From Candidatus Hydrogenedentota bacterium (lineage in GTDB: Bacteria > Hydrogenedentota > Hydrogenedentia > Hydrogenedentales > SLHB01), in contig BTVY01000046.1 of the NCBI GenBank assembly GCA_045863335.1, positions 1-60,294 of the forward strand: a stretch of DNA of 60,294 nt. The letters are read 5' to 3'. This document shows, in pieces, positions 49,082 to 57,779 of the stretch. A program made the position numbers and the translations under genes. Positions within the stretch are counted from its first letter, which is position 1, and each line of letters opens with the position of its first letter. The notes under the pieces were generated by a model. It was not told where the DNA came from and did no database searches. It worked only from the letters and a program-made list of their open reading frames with translations.

Positions 49082-51124
49082 TCAGGATTCCGATGGACTT
49101 GCGCCGTCGCGCAAGATGTCAAGCAATTCGTCCTTCGTCGATCCGCCGGCGAGCGCCACGACCCGGTCGCCGCGATGAAGCTGGGTATGGCCGCGCGGGA
49201 CGACGGTCCGCCCCCCTCGCTGCACGGAGACGACGACGCAGTCTGCGGGCAGCGAGATGTCGCGAAGCCGTTTTCCTACCGCCGCCCAGCCACGCTCCAT
49301 GTCGATCTCCACGAGTTCGGAGTTGGTTGCGGTCTCGAGCCGGAGCCGTTCGATGTGCCGATCCCGCTGGTGCTTGTCGAGAAGCGCATGGGAGTATGTC
49401 CGAATCACATCGCCGCGGCGCAGAACGCCCAGCAGTTTCTTGGGATCGCGGCGATCGACGACCGGCAAACGCCCCACGCCCATGGCGCCGAAATGGCGAA
49501 GCGCATCGTCGAGCGTTTCATCGTAGTAGGCGGTCAACACGTTGGTTGTGCAGATATCGCCCACCGTCTTTTCGATGCTGCCTGCCGCCATGGCGCGTTC
49601 AAGATCGGAATGGGTCACGACGCCATGGAGATCGCCGTTCTCGGCGAGCACGACGAATCCGTGATGGCCGGTTTCCTGAAACCAGAAGGCCAGCTCCATA
49701 AGCGGGGTCTCGGGCGTCACGGTCGTGAGTTCGGCTGTGGGCGTCATCGCCTCTTCGACGAGGATGGCGCGCATGAGATTCTCATCCTTGCGGGCGCGCA
49801 CGTCGAGCCCTTTTCGCTTGAGTTTCAGCGTGTAGATACTCTCCGGCTCGACCATCTGCGCGAGCGCCGTACTCACGACAGTCGCAAACATAAGCGGGAG
49901 GATCATGCGGTAGTCCTGGGTCATTTCGAAGAGGATGATGATGGCGGTGATGGGGGCGCGCGCTGAACCGGCGAACACGGCGGCCATACCGACCATAGCA
50001 TAAGCGCCGCTTGATTCCGTCATGCCGGGAAACACCATGCCAACCACTTTACCGTAGGCGCCACCGAGCACGGCCCCGATAAACAGGGCCGGCGCAAATA
50101 CTCCGCCGGACGCGCCGGAGCCGAGTGTGAACGACGTTGCGATTATTTTGGCAATCACAAGTATGGCGAGCAGGGACAAGGTGATGTTGCCGTGCAATGT
50201 CTCGGCAATCGTCTCAAATCCCGTTCCAAAAACCTGGGGAACGAAGAAACCAAGGACGCCGAGCAACAGCCCGCCGACCGCAGGCTTGAGGTAAGCCGGG
50301 AACTTCCATCCGTCAAAGAGATCCTCAAAGAAGTAAAGCACCTTTATATAGAACAGCGCGACGCCCGCGCCCAGCACGCCGAGTCCGAGATACAAGAACA
50401 ATTCCCACGGACTATGCAGATAGAACGAGCGGGGTACTTCAAACGCAGGAAAGTCGCCCAGGGCGGCGCGGCTCACCACGCTCGCAGTGACGGATGCAAT
50501 AACGATGGTACTGAAGGCGTGAACGCCGAACTCGGCGAGGATCACTTCGAGCGCGAACATGACGCCGGCGATGGGCGCGTTGAAGGTGGCGGCGATGCCC
50601 GCTGCGGCGCCGGACGCGACGAGGGTTACGATTCTGCGGTCATTGAGTTTGAAGTACTGGCCAATGGTGGAGCCCAAGGCCGATCCAATCTGAACGATGG
50701 GCCCTTCGCGCCCGACCGATCCGCCGGAACCAATCGTGATGGCCGAACACACCGCCTTCGCCAGCACGACCACGGGGCGGATACGGCCGCCGCGGGTTGC
50801 GACCGCGGTCATGACTTCGGGTACCCCGTGGCCTTTCGCTTCGGGCGCAACGAAGTAGACGATGGGCCCCACCAGCAGTCCGCCGATGGCGGGAAGAATG
50901 ATGACGTGGTAGCCGCCCATGAACGCGAGGTAATCGGAACCGGCACCGAAAAACAGGTGCTCGAAGAATTCGATCATCCGGACGAACGCGATAGTACCGA
51001 GGCCGGCGCCAATTCCGACAACGACCGCGAAGGTCATCATGACCGCGGTCTCGGACGTCCAGAAGTGCTGGAGGACGCCCGATAATCCACGGCCGTTTCG
51101 CGTGCGGGATGAGGTTGCACCCAT
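49082..51124 (-). CDS. CLC chloride channel/antiporter with CBS pair and C-terminal TrkA-C (RCK_C) domain
   Basis: GHGVPE, GREGP, FNAP, GGVFAP, ESIY; CBS domains; C-terminal VGKRLRDI...PRG..L..GD. Confidence 0.92.
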   Translation of the reverse strand: MGATSSRTRNGRGLSGVLQHFWTSETAVMMTFAVVVGIGAGLGTIAFVRMIEFFEHLFFGAGSDYLAFMGGYHVIILPAIGGLLVGPIVYFVAPEAKGHGVPEVMTAVATRGGRIRPVVVLAKAVCSAITIGSGGSVGREGPIVQIGSALGSTIGQYFKLNDRRIVTLVASGAAAGIAATFNAPIAGVMFALEVILAEFGVHAFSTIVIASVTASVVSRAALGDFPAFEVPRSFYLHSPWELFLYLGLGVLGAGVALFYIKVLYFFEDLFDGWKFPAYLKPAVGGLLLGVLGFFVPQVFGTGFETIAETLHGNITLSLLAILVIAKIIATSFTLGSGASGGVFAPALFIGAVLGGAYGKVVGMVFPGMTESSGAYAMVGMAAVFAGSARAPITAIIILFEMTQDYRMILPLMFATVVSTALAQMVEPESIYTLKLKRKGLDVRARKDENLMRAILVEEAMTPTAELTTVTPETPLMELAFWFQETGHHGFVVLAENGDLHGVVTHSDLERAMAAGSIEKTVGDICTTNVLTAYYDETLDDALRHFGAMGVGRLPVVDRRDPKKLLGVLRRGDVIRTYSHALLDKHQRDRHIERLRLETATNSELVEIDMERGWAAVGKRLRDISLPADCVVVSVQRGGRTVVPRGHTQLHRGDRVVALAGGSTKDELLDILRDGASPSES

Positions 51125-51552
51125 GGTTGTTCAGATTCCCTGAATTCGTGGAGTGGGCTGGCGCGCCACGTAACCCGGCATCCGACGGATGCGCGTCCGG
51201 CGGGCAGCGGTTCGTGTGGCCGCAGCGCGAGTAACGACTCAACCCGGAATCGAGGCGGGGCAAACCGAAGGATACCGGCGGATAACATAGCACATGCGAG
51301 GGGCGCATCCAAATTGATTGGCAAAACCCCCGGCTAGAATCTGAGTACAGGCCAGTGCAATCAAAGGTACAAGATGTCTACGTCGGCGCGAGACGACATC
51401 CCCCTTGATCCCCCTTCAGTGCTGTCCTAAACATCTGCGCAGTGCAATCGAGGGAAAGGCCCAACACGCCATTTTTCAGAGAAAACGAGCTTTGCAGTTT
51501 GAGGTTGGTGCTCGACACGCTCCAGGCGCGTCTGTCTGGGAGTGAGTTTCGC

Positions 51553-51847
51553 ATCGCGTCATCCTGAGCGACGGACCACGCTGGGGGCGTGGCGAATCGC
51601 GGGCGAACATTCGCGAGCGCCAGCACCCATTGTTGATATCGCTATCGGGATCGGTATCGGGATCGAAATCGCTGTGCGCTTCCCACTCGATACCGATCCC
51701 GATAGCGATCCCGATACCGAGAAACCACAGCTATTGATACAAAATGACTTGCGGACCATGTTCTTAGCAGCGATTAGCGAAGGATCTCTTGGGAATCGAC
51801 GCACAACTGACTAGAGATCCTTCGCTAATCGCTCAGGATGACGCGAT
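51553..51847. repeat. GTCATCCTGAGCG...GAAGGATCT palindromic element, left arm interrupted
   Basis: Right arm AGAGATCCTTCGCTAATCGCTCAGGATGACGCGAT is the exact reverse complement of the left arm once 51572-51773 is removed. Confidence 0.8.
51638..51720. repeat. Inverted arrays of ATCGNN hexamers
   Basis: ATCGCT ATCGGG ATCGGT ATCGGG ATCGAA ... CGATAC CGATCC CGATAG CGATCC CGATAC. Confidence 0.82.
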
Positions 51848-52109
51848 ATCCGAATGCCTTGAGGAAGTTGTTTAGGACAAGAATGATCCCCCTTCAAAGG
51901 GGGAATTGCGCTCATCCAAGTGTATAGGTGAATGCGCCGCGCGATGCGTCATTCGATTGTTCACATTCACCCGGAGCACAGCGCGAAGCGTTGTGGATAA
52001 CTCCCCCTTTGAAGGGGGATCAAGGGGGTGTTCTTCCAGAAAAAGCGGCGTCTAGAAGTGTATCCTTAATTGCGGAGAGTTGTACTGAGTGATGTCGGTT
52101 ACACAACGA

Positions 52110-52889
52110 TCACGGAATTGGCACCACGAGCCCGTCGGTCGCGGCGATGACGGGGATCCCGAACTCGTCGCTTAAGTCTGTTGCGACACGCTCCGGGTCG
52201 GCTTCGAGCATGCTCATGCCGAAGTGGGTCAGCACGACCTTTCCCGGTTGGGCTTCGCGAACGATCGTGCGGACATCGTCGACGCCCAAGTGGAGGATGC
52301 GCGGGTGCGGAGGCGATTCATGGAAGGTCACGTGAATGACCAGCGTGTCCACGCCCGCGTACATGCCGGGGAGTTCTGGGAAGAAGCGCGTATCGACGAG
52401 AAAGGCCAGTTTCGCGCCGTCTACGTCAAACGTAATTCCGAAGGTGTCGACGCCGTGGTGGTGGGGCGCGGACGTGGTGAAGCGGAGCCGGCCGAACGTG
52501 TACTCGCGACTGGGCTCGAGCGCGACAATCGAATCGAGAAAGGGCCGCAGGTAGCGAAGCAGGATCGCGTGCTCTCCCTCGAGACACGTTGCAGGGGCAA
52601 AGAGCGCACCGCCTTTGTTAAAGCCCCCGCCGGTCATGGAGTCAATGAGGATGTTAACGTCGTTGCAGTGATCGATGTGGCTGTGCGTGACGAAGATCGC
52701 TTCCAGCGACGCGGGATCGATGGGCGGTTCCGCCTGAGCGCAACGCACCAGCGCGCCGGGTCCGGGATCGAGGTACATACGATGGCCGGCAAGAGACAAA
52801 AACACGCCGCCGGACGCGCGCAGTTGGCGCGCCACGACCCAGCGCGAGCCGGACGTACCGAGAAACTTGATGTAGTTATCGTTAGACAC
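52110..52889 (-). CDS. MBL-fold metallo-hydrolase
   Basis: FLGTSG, DPGPG, THSHIDH, DT, H...LTHF. Confidence 0.88.
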   Translation of the reverse strand: MSNDNYIKFLGTSGSRWVVARQLRASGGVFLSLAGHRMYLDPGPGALVRCAQAEPPIDPASLEAIFVTHSHIDHCNDVNILIDSMTGGGFNKGGALFAPATCLEGEHAILLRYLRPFLDSIVALEPSREYTFGRLRFTTSAPHHHGVDTFGITFDVDGAKLAFLVDTRFFPELPGMYAGVDTLVIHVTFHESPPHPRILHLGVDDVRTIVREAQPGKVVLTHFGMSMLEADPERVATDLSDEFGIPVIAATDGLVVPIP

Positions 52890-53078
52890 GTGGAAGCGAA
52901 CACCTTCGAGGGTCAAAACCTTCGCGAGGGATTCCGAACGGGGCGCCGGAGTCTTCGTGTCACGGAGAATGGCTGAGAAGAGCGCCCCCGCGGATCGCAG
53001 AACCGACCCGCGAATCCTGAATGCTTTTCCTTGCAGCGAGATTACGCGAACGCGTCGAACAGATCAAACGATTCCTGA

Positions 53079-54008
53079 TTACGGGACCGACTCGTATGCC
53101 GCAAAAGCCTCAGCGATCCCCGCCTCGTCCGCCGATCCGCGATGGACCAGCATCCGGTAGCGCAACTCAAAGGACTCGCCCGGTTGCAGGGTGAACGGAT
53201 CGTTGTGCGGCCAGGACGCGCCGAGAAACGCGTAGTGCCGGAAGATCCAGCCCTTGTGCGGATACCCGGGATTGGACGGATGTTGGAAGATTGCCGCGCC
53301 TGCGTAAGGGCCGTCGGTGAAGGCTCGCCACGAAACGTCGGCCCACGGCGTCTCAAACGATAGGGCGTCTTCCGCGGTTACCCCTTTCGCCGTCGTGAAC
53401 GTAAACGGCTTGAAGACCTTGTCAGGCCGGAAGCAGAATCCGCCATACCCTTTCTGGTCGACCGGTGACCCAAGGAAGGTCACGGGGTCGGCGGCGATAT
53501 TCTCAAAACGGAGCACGAAGTCGATGGCGCGGGTGTCGCCTTCAGCCGGCCGCACGGTGATATCAATGTGCTCGCGGATGGGCGTGACGCCGTCCTCGTC
53601 GAATCGCCAGAGATTCTGCACCGCAAGGTGGGCAGTCTCCCCCGCCTCACGCGCGATCCATCGATCGAAAACGGGACGAACGCCGTCGAGCGCCCAGACG
53701 TCCATGGGCCGATCACCGACGGTGCAATTGGGCCAGGTCCAGAACACGCCGCGGTGATGGTAATGATCGTCGGGAAAATCCTGACTGATGACACCGCCGT
53801 CGAGATCGTACAAGGGTTGAATGTAGCTCGAACGCCGGTAACGGGTATCGATTCCTTCGGGCGGAGTCACCATGCCGTAGTTGTAGGCCAGCACGGGTTT
53901 GCCATCCTCCGTGACGAGGATGCGCGAGCCGTCATTGTCCAATGCAAACTCCGCGTTCGCGACAGTCGCCAACAACAAGACGCCGAGTATCATCACTGCC
54001 GTCTTCAT
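53079..54008 (-). CDS. Exported PmoA-like (DUF6807-type) protein
   Basis: Signal peptide; YIQPL, DHYHHRGVFWTW, YGGFCFR, HPSNP. Confidence 0.72.
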   Translation of the reverse strand: MKTAVMILGVLLLATVANAEFALDNDGSRILVTEDGKPVLAYNYGMVTPPEGIDTRYRRSSYIQPLYDLDGGVISQDFPDDHYHHRGVFWTWPNCTVGDRPMDVWALDGVRPVFDRWIAREAGETAHLAVQNLWRFDEDGVTPIREHIDITVRPAEGDTRAIDFVLRFENIAADPVTFLGSPVDQKGYGGFCFRPDKVFKPFTFTTAKGVTAEDALSFETPWADVSWRAFTDGPYAGAAIFQHPSNPGYPHKGWIFRHYAFLGASWPHNDPFTLQPGESFELRYRMLVHRGSADEAGIAEAFAAYESVP

Positions 54009-54096
54009 ACGATCACCTGTTCCTTCGCATTTCGTCAATAATGTGCCGCGTTATGCAATCGCAGTTTACACGTTCAGGCACTCTTCCCGCATCAAG

Positions 54097-54246
54097 AACA
54101 TTCCCCTTGCCCCCTTCAAAGGGGGAATGTTCACAACGCGTTGCGTTGCGAAGCCAACCACTCCAAGTCGAAATATGAGACGTCACAAATCCCAATAGCT
54201 GCGGCGCACAAACTCCCCCTTCGAAGGGGGATCGAGGGGGATGTTC
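54097..54246. repeat. Intact inverted pair of CCCCCTTCAAAGGGGG REP-like elements
   Basis: AACATTCCCCTTGCCCCCTTCAAAGGGGGAAT ... CTCCCCCTTCGAAGGGGGATCGAGGGGGATGTT. Confidence 0.82.
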
Positions 54247-54301
54247 TTCGAACTATTTTCCGTCACTCGCCGCGCACTCGGCTTCATCATTCGCGCGTTG
54301 A

Positions 54302-55531
54302 CTATGAAGCGGCCTTCGTTTGCTCGACCAGTTCGGCTACTTTCTCCTCGTCGACTTCGATGCCAAGGCCCGGCCCTTTCGGGATGCGCACCTTACCGCC
54401 TTCGGGCACGAAGGGCTCTTTGATGACGCTGGCGCCGAGGAACTGCGGACCATTCAGCGCCGCCGGGTACTTCAGGCCGAACGCGCCGTACAGAATGAGT
54501 GACGCCGCAAGAGAGACATCCGGATCGGTCAAACCACTTCCGAGAAATGTAAGCCCCGCGTTCTCCATGATCTCAATCTGTTCCACCGACGAAACGAGCC
54601 CCCCGCAGCGCGCGGGCTTCATAGCCACGCCATCGCAGCACCCCAGTTTCATGAACTCGAGCAAATCGGATGGAGAGATTACCCCTTCGTCCATGATGAT
54701 GGGCAGGGCGCCTTGCCGTTTGAGTTCCTGATAGCCGGTCAACTGATTGGCCTTCAGCGGCTGCTCGAACACCTCCATCCCCGCGTCGGCGAGCTTGGGC
54801 GCCACGGACAACGCCGTGGAGAGGTCATACCCACCGTTCGCGTCGCCCCACAGGAATCCGTCGGGTGCGAGCCGCTTCACGATTTTGCACATTTCGATGT
54901 CGAACTCGGGGTCCGGTGCGACCTTGATGTTGAAATTCTCGAAGCCGCGTTCCCGGCCCTTCTCGATCAGCGGCTCGATCTCGTCGAGCGTTTTCGGATT
55001 CAAGGTCCAGCTCAACACGAGATCATCCGGCAACGTTCGGCCCCAGAGATCCGCGATATTCCTGCCGGTGATCTTGCCAATCAGGTCGTGCAGGGCAATG
55101 TCGAGACCGGCCTTCGTGATGGGAGCACCGGTCGAGAAGGAGTTCGCGATCTCGCGGTTCATGGCTTCGTGGATGCCCTTGAGATCGAAGGGATTCATCC
55201 CGGTGACGATGGGAATCAGGTAGTTTTCGAAGGTGCTGATGGCGCCTTCGAAGGTCTCATAGCTCCACCGGGGCACGGGAACGCTCTCCCCCCAACCCAC
55301 GGTTCCATCGTCTGCGGTGACCTTGATGAGAATCGCCGCGCGCCCCGTCCCGGACGTCGGCCCCTCAAAAAACTTGAAGCGCATAACCGTCGGATACTTG
55401 ACGGGGAAGATCTCGATGTGTTCGATTTTCATCGGTTGAGTTGTCACGGCCTCCACAGGGTATCGAAGTGAGAGTGCGGCTACAATTCCCGTTGCACCCG
55501 CCAAGAAATCCCGGCGCGTCAGACTTTGCAT
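54302..55531 (-). CDS. Tat-exported enolase-superfamily enzyme (muconate-lactonizing/dipeptide epimerase subgroup)
   Basis: TRRDFL; GWGE, DIALHDL.GK, DAN, EQP, DE, K, PxGPGLGIEVD. Confidence 0.87.
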   Translation of the reverse strand: MQSLTRRDFLAGATGIVAALSLRYPVEAVTTQPMKIEHIEIFPVKYPTVMRFKFFEGPTSGTGRAAILIKVTADDGTVGWGESVPVPRWSYETFEGAISTFENYLIPIVTGMNPFDLKGIHEAMNREIANSFSTGAPITKAGLDIALHDLIGKITGRNIADLWGRTLPDDLVLSWTLNPKTLDEIEPLIEKGRERGFENFNIKVAPDPEFDIEMCKIVKRLAPDGFLWGDANGGYDLSTALSVAPKLADAGMEVFEQPLKANQLTGYQELKRQGALPIIMDEGVISPSDLLEFMKLGCCDGVAMKPARCGGLVSSVEQIEIMENAGLTFLGSGLTDPDVSLAASLILYGAFGLKYPAALNGPQFLGASVIKEPFVPEGGKVRIPKGPGLGIEVDEEKVAELVEQTKAAS

Positions 55532-55819
55532 ATCCTAATCTCCCGGGTCTATCCCATTCTTCTACAAAGAAGCATTTTGCACCCCAAGTTCCCCATGGGC
55601 TCGCGGCGAGATAGATTTTGCGGAACCCCTCCGAATGCGCTACGCTCCCGAGCGCTCAACTGGATAGTAAGGCAACGAACGAAGCTTTTGTCAAATGAAT
55701 GAGACCATCAACCGGGCCATCGCGTGGCTGTTCGATCCTGCATGCCGTGTGGACGCAGAACACCTCTGTCGTCCGGCAATCCGGGGAGTGAATCAGTCTC
55801 CCCGCATGAGAAGCACGAG

Positions 55820-57694
55820 TTGAATTCCTTGAACCGAGACCAGCGCGGCGCTTCGTGGTGGGACGTCGCCGTCTTCTCCTTCGTCTTGGCCACGCTCCAG
55901 TTGCTGATCTTTCGTTATCAGTTCGGGACCGATGTCCAGGTCGAGACGCTGTGCCAGATTTACCGAAAGTTGAATCCGGATTTTCTGACCAAGGACTTCT
56001 TCGTCAATGCTTCGGACGACTTCGGCGCGCGGACCTACTATGCGACCATCGTCGCGGCGATGTGCCGCGTAATTCCAATCCCGTATGTGTTCTGGTTCCT
56101 TTCCTGGATCTCGCACGCCCTTGTCGTCGGAGCGACGTTCACTTTCGCACGGAATCTCTTTCGTGGTTCCGACACGGCCGGCTACGTAAGCGGTGGCATG
56201 GTCCTCGCCGTGACGGGCTTCTCGATCGCCGGGTATGCGGTACTACAAGCCAGGACCTTGGTACCGGCTATCGTTGCCCTGCCCTGGGCGCTTCTCGCCA
56301 TGACGCAGGCATTGCAGGGCCGAGCGGTCGCGTCTTTCGCGTTCACGACGATCGCCGCCATCATCCACCCTGTGGGACTCGAAGTCGGATTCATTGCGTT
56401 GGCAACGGTTGGCGTATCGTCGTTGTGGGAACTTCGGCAAGATGCGACTGGCGAGCGGCGGCAGGCGGTTCGCAACCTCATTTCGGCATCGCTCTGCGGT
56501 CTGGTCCTTGGGGCGCTTACGTATCTCTTTTGGATACGCCCTTACGAGGCGATCCTCAGTCCCGAACGCTTTCGCGATATCTACGCGCAGTTCCGCGTTC
56601 CCCATCATTTGGTGCCTACCACGTTCGGCCTCAAGTCTTGGGCTTTGCTTGGAATGTTCTTGGTCGCCGTGACATCCATGGGAATCTCGTGCTACTTACG
56701 AAATGAGTTCGAGCGGCTGATAGCCATACGCGGCGCAATCGCCGTCGTGATAGTGCTCTTGATCTGCATTGCCGGTTACGTTGGCGTGGAGATTGTTCCC
56801 ATACGGGCGATTATCGCGGCGAATGTGTTCCGGCTACTCAATCTGGTCAAGTGGATTGGGCTGGTGGTTCTCGGGGGAACCATAGTGGGATTGCTGAAAA
56901 GTTCGTCCGCGGCGCGAAGTCCCTGGTATGGGCTTACGCTTTGGGCCGCGAATGGCCCGTGGCAACCCGCGATCATCCTGGGCGTGTGGCTGATTCGATG
57001 GGGTCATGAAAGACTGGCGCCCCACAGACTGCGCTGGGCCGGAATGGTCGTCCTTTCGATCGTCCTATTCATACTCTCTCGTGTCGGGCATCGTGAAGAA
57101 GGCGGCGCAGTAATCCTATACGGACTTGTTGCCACGTGGTTCCTCGTAGTCCCGCGACCACTGGTTCGCCGTACCTTGCCGCTTGCGGCGTGTATCGCTG
57201 TGGTTGCGACACTGGCCATGGCTCGGCACCACCCCGAAACGCGGATCGCTCAGATGCTGGCCCGCTATCAACCCATCCTCTCCATGGAGGACAACCAGGA
57301 CGAAGTATTTGCATTGGGAAAATCCATTCGGGAACGAACGGACAAAGACGCGGTTCTCCTGGTACCTCCGGACGGCCCGCGATTCCGGTTAACCGCGAAT
57401 CGCGCGGTTGTGGTGGACTTGAAGGCCTTCCCATTCAATGATTCGGCGATGCAGGAATGGTATGACCGGGTTACGTTTTGTTATGGCCCGTTTTCGCGTC
57501 CCTTCAAATTGAGCGATAATGAGGTGTTGAACAACTATCTGGCAATCACGGACGATAAAATCGCGGACGTTGGCCGGGCGTATGGAGCCACCCACGCAGT
57601 CCTGTACAGGGCCACAGAAACCCGGTATCCAGTGCTCATCGAAACTCCAAGGTACCAAGTCGTGGCTATAGAAGCGAATCAACCGCGCACCTGA
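55820..57694 (+). CDS. Polytopic membrane protein with C-terminal periplasmic domain (DUF6798-like, GT-C-like)
   Basis: Many TM helices; DFFVN, RVPHHL, FRLTANRAVVVDLKAFP...EWYDR. Start uncertain. Confidence 0.65.
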   Translation: MNSLNRDQRGASWWDVAVFSFVLATLQLLIFRYQFGTDVQVETLCQIYRKLNPDFLTKDFFVNASDDFGARTYYATIVAAMCRVIPIPYVFWFLSWISHALVVGATFTFARNLFRGSDTAGYVSGGMVLAVTGFSIAGYAVLQARTLVPAIVALPWALLAMTQALQGRAVASFAFTTIAAIIHPVGLEVGFIALATVGVSSLWELRQDATGERRQAVRNLISASLCGLVLGALTYLFWIRPYEAILSPERFRDIYAQFRVPHHLVPTTFGLKSWALLGMFLVAVTSMGISCYLRNEFERLIAIRGAIAVVIVLLICIAGYVGVEIVPIRAIIAANVFRLLNLVKWIGLVVLGGTIVGLLKSSSAARSPWYGLTLWAANGPWQPAIILGVWLIRWGHERLAPHRLRWAGMVVLSIVLFILSRVGHREEGGAVILYGLVATWFLVVPRPLVRRTLPLAACIAVVATLAMARHHPETRIAQMLARYQPILSMEDNQDEVFALGKSIRERTDKDAVLLVPPDGPRFRLTANRAVVVDLKAFPFNDSAMQEWYDRVTFCYGPFSRPFKLSDNEVLNNYLAITDDKIADVGRAYGATHAVLYRATETRYPVLIETPRYQVVAIEANQPRT

Positions 57695-57779
57695 CCGCCG
57701 CGTTGGAAGAAGAAGTCCGAGTAGAAGCGTTCAGGGGCCAAGCGTCGTCGCGTATCGCAGTGTCGAGACTACGTGAACT

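Larger units (their letters stand above)
51417..51885. mobile_element. Non-autonomous MITE-like element with 17-bp imperfect TIRs and 9-bp target duplication
   Basis: Left end CAGTGCTGTCCTAAACA; right end reverse-complement CATTCTTGTCCTAAACA (14/17 identical). ATCCCCCTT duplicated at 51408-51416 and 51886-51894. Confidence 0.72.
51397..52033. repeat. Inverted pair of CCCCCTTCAAAGGGGG REP-like elements; left copy interrupted by an insertion
   Basis: CATCCCCCTTGATCCCCCTT[insert]ATCCCCCTTCAAAGGGGGA ... CTCCCCCTTTGAAGGGGGATCAAGGGGGTG. Confidence 0.8.

Noticed and set aside
51378-51814. Small ORFs inside the nested repeat region
   Set aside because: Translations of hexamer repeats and palindromes; no transposase motifs.
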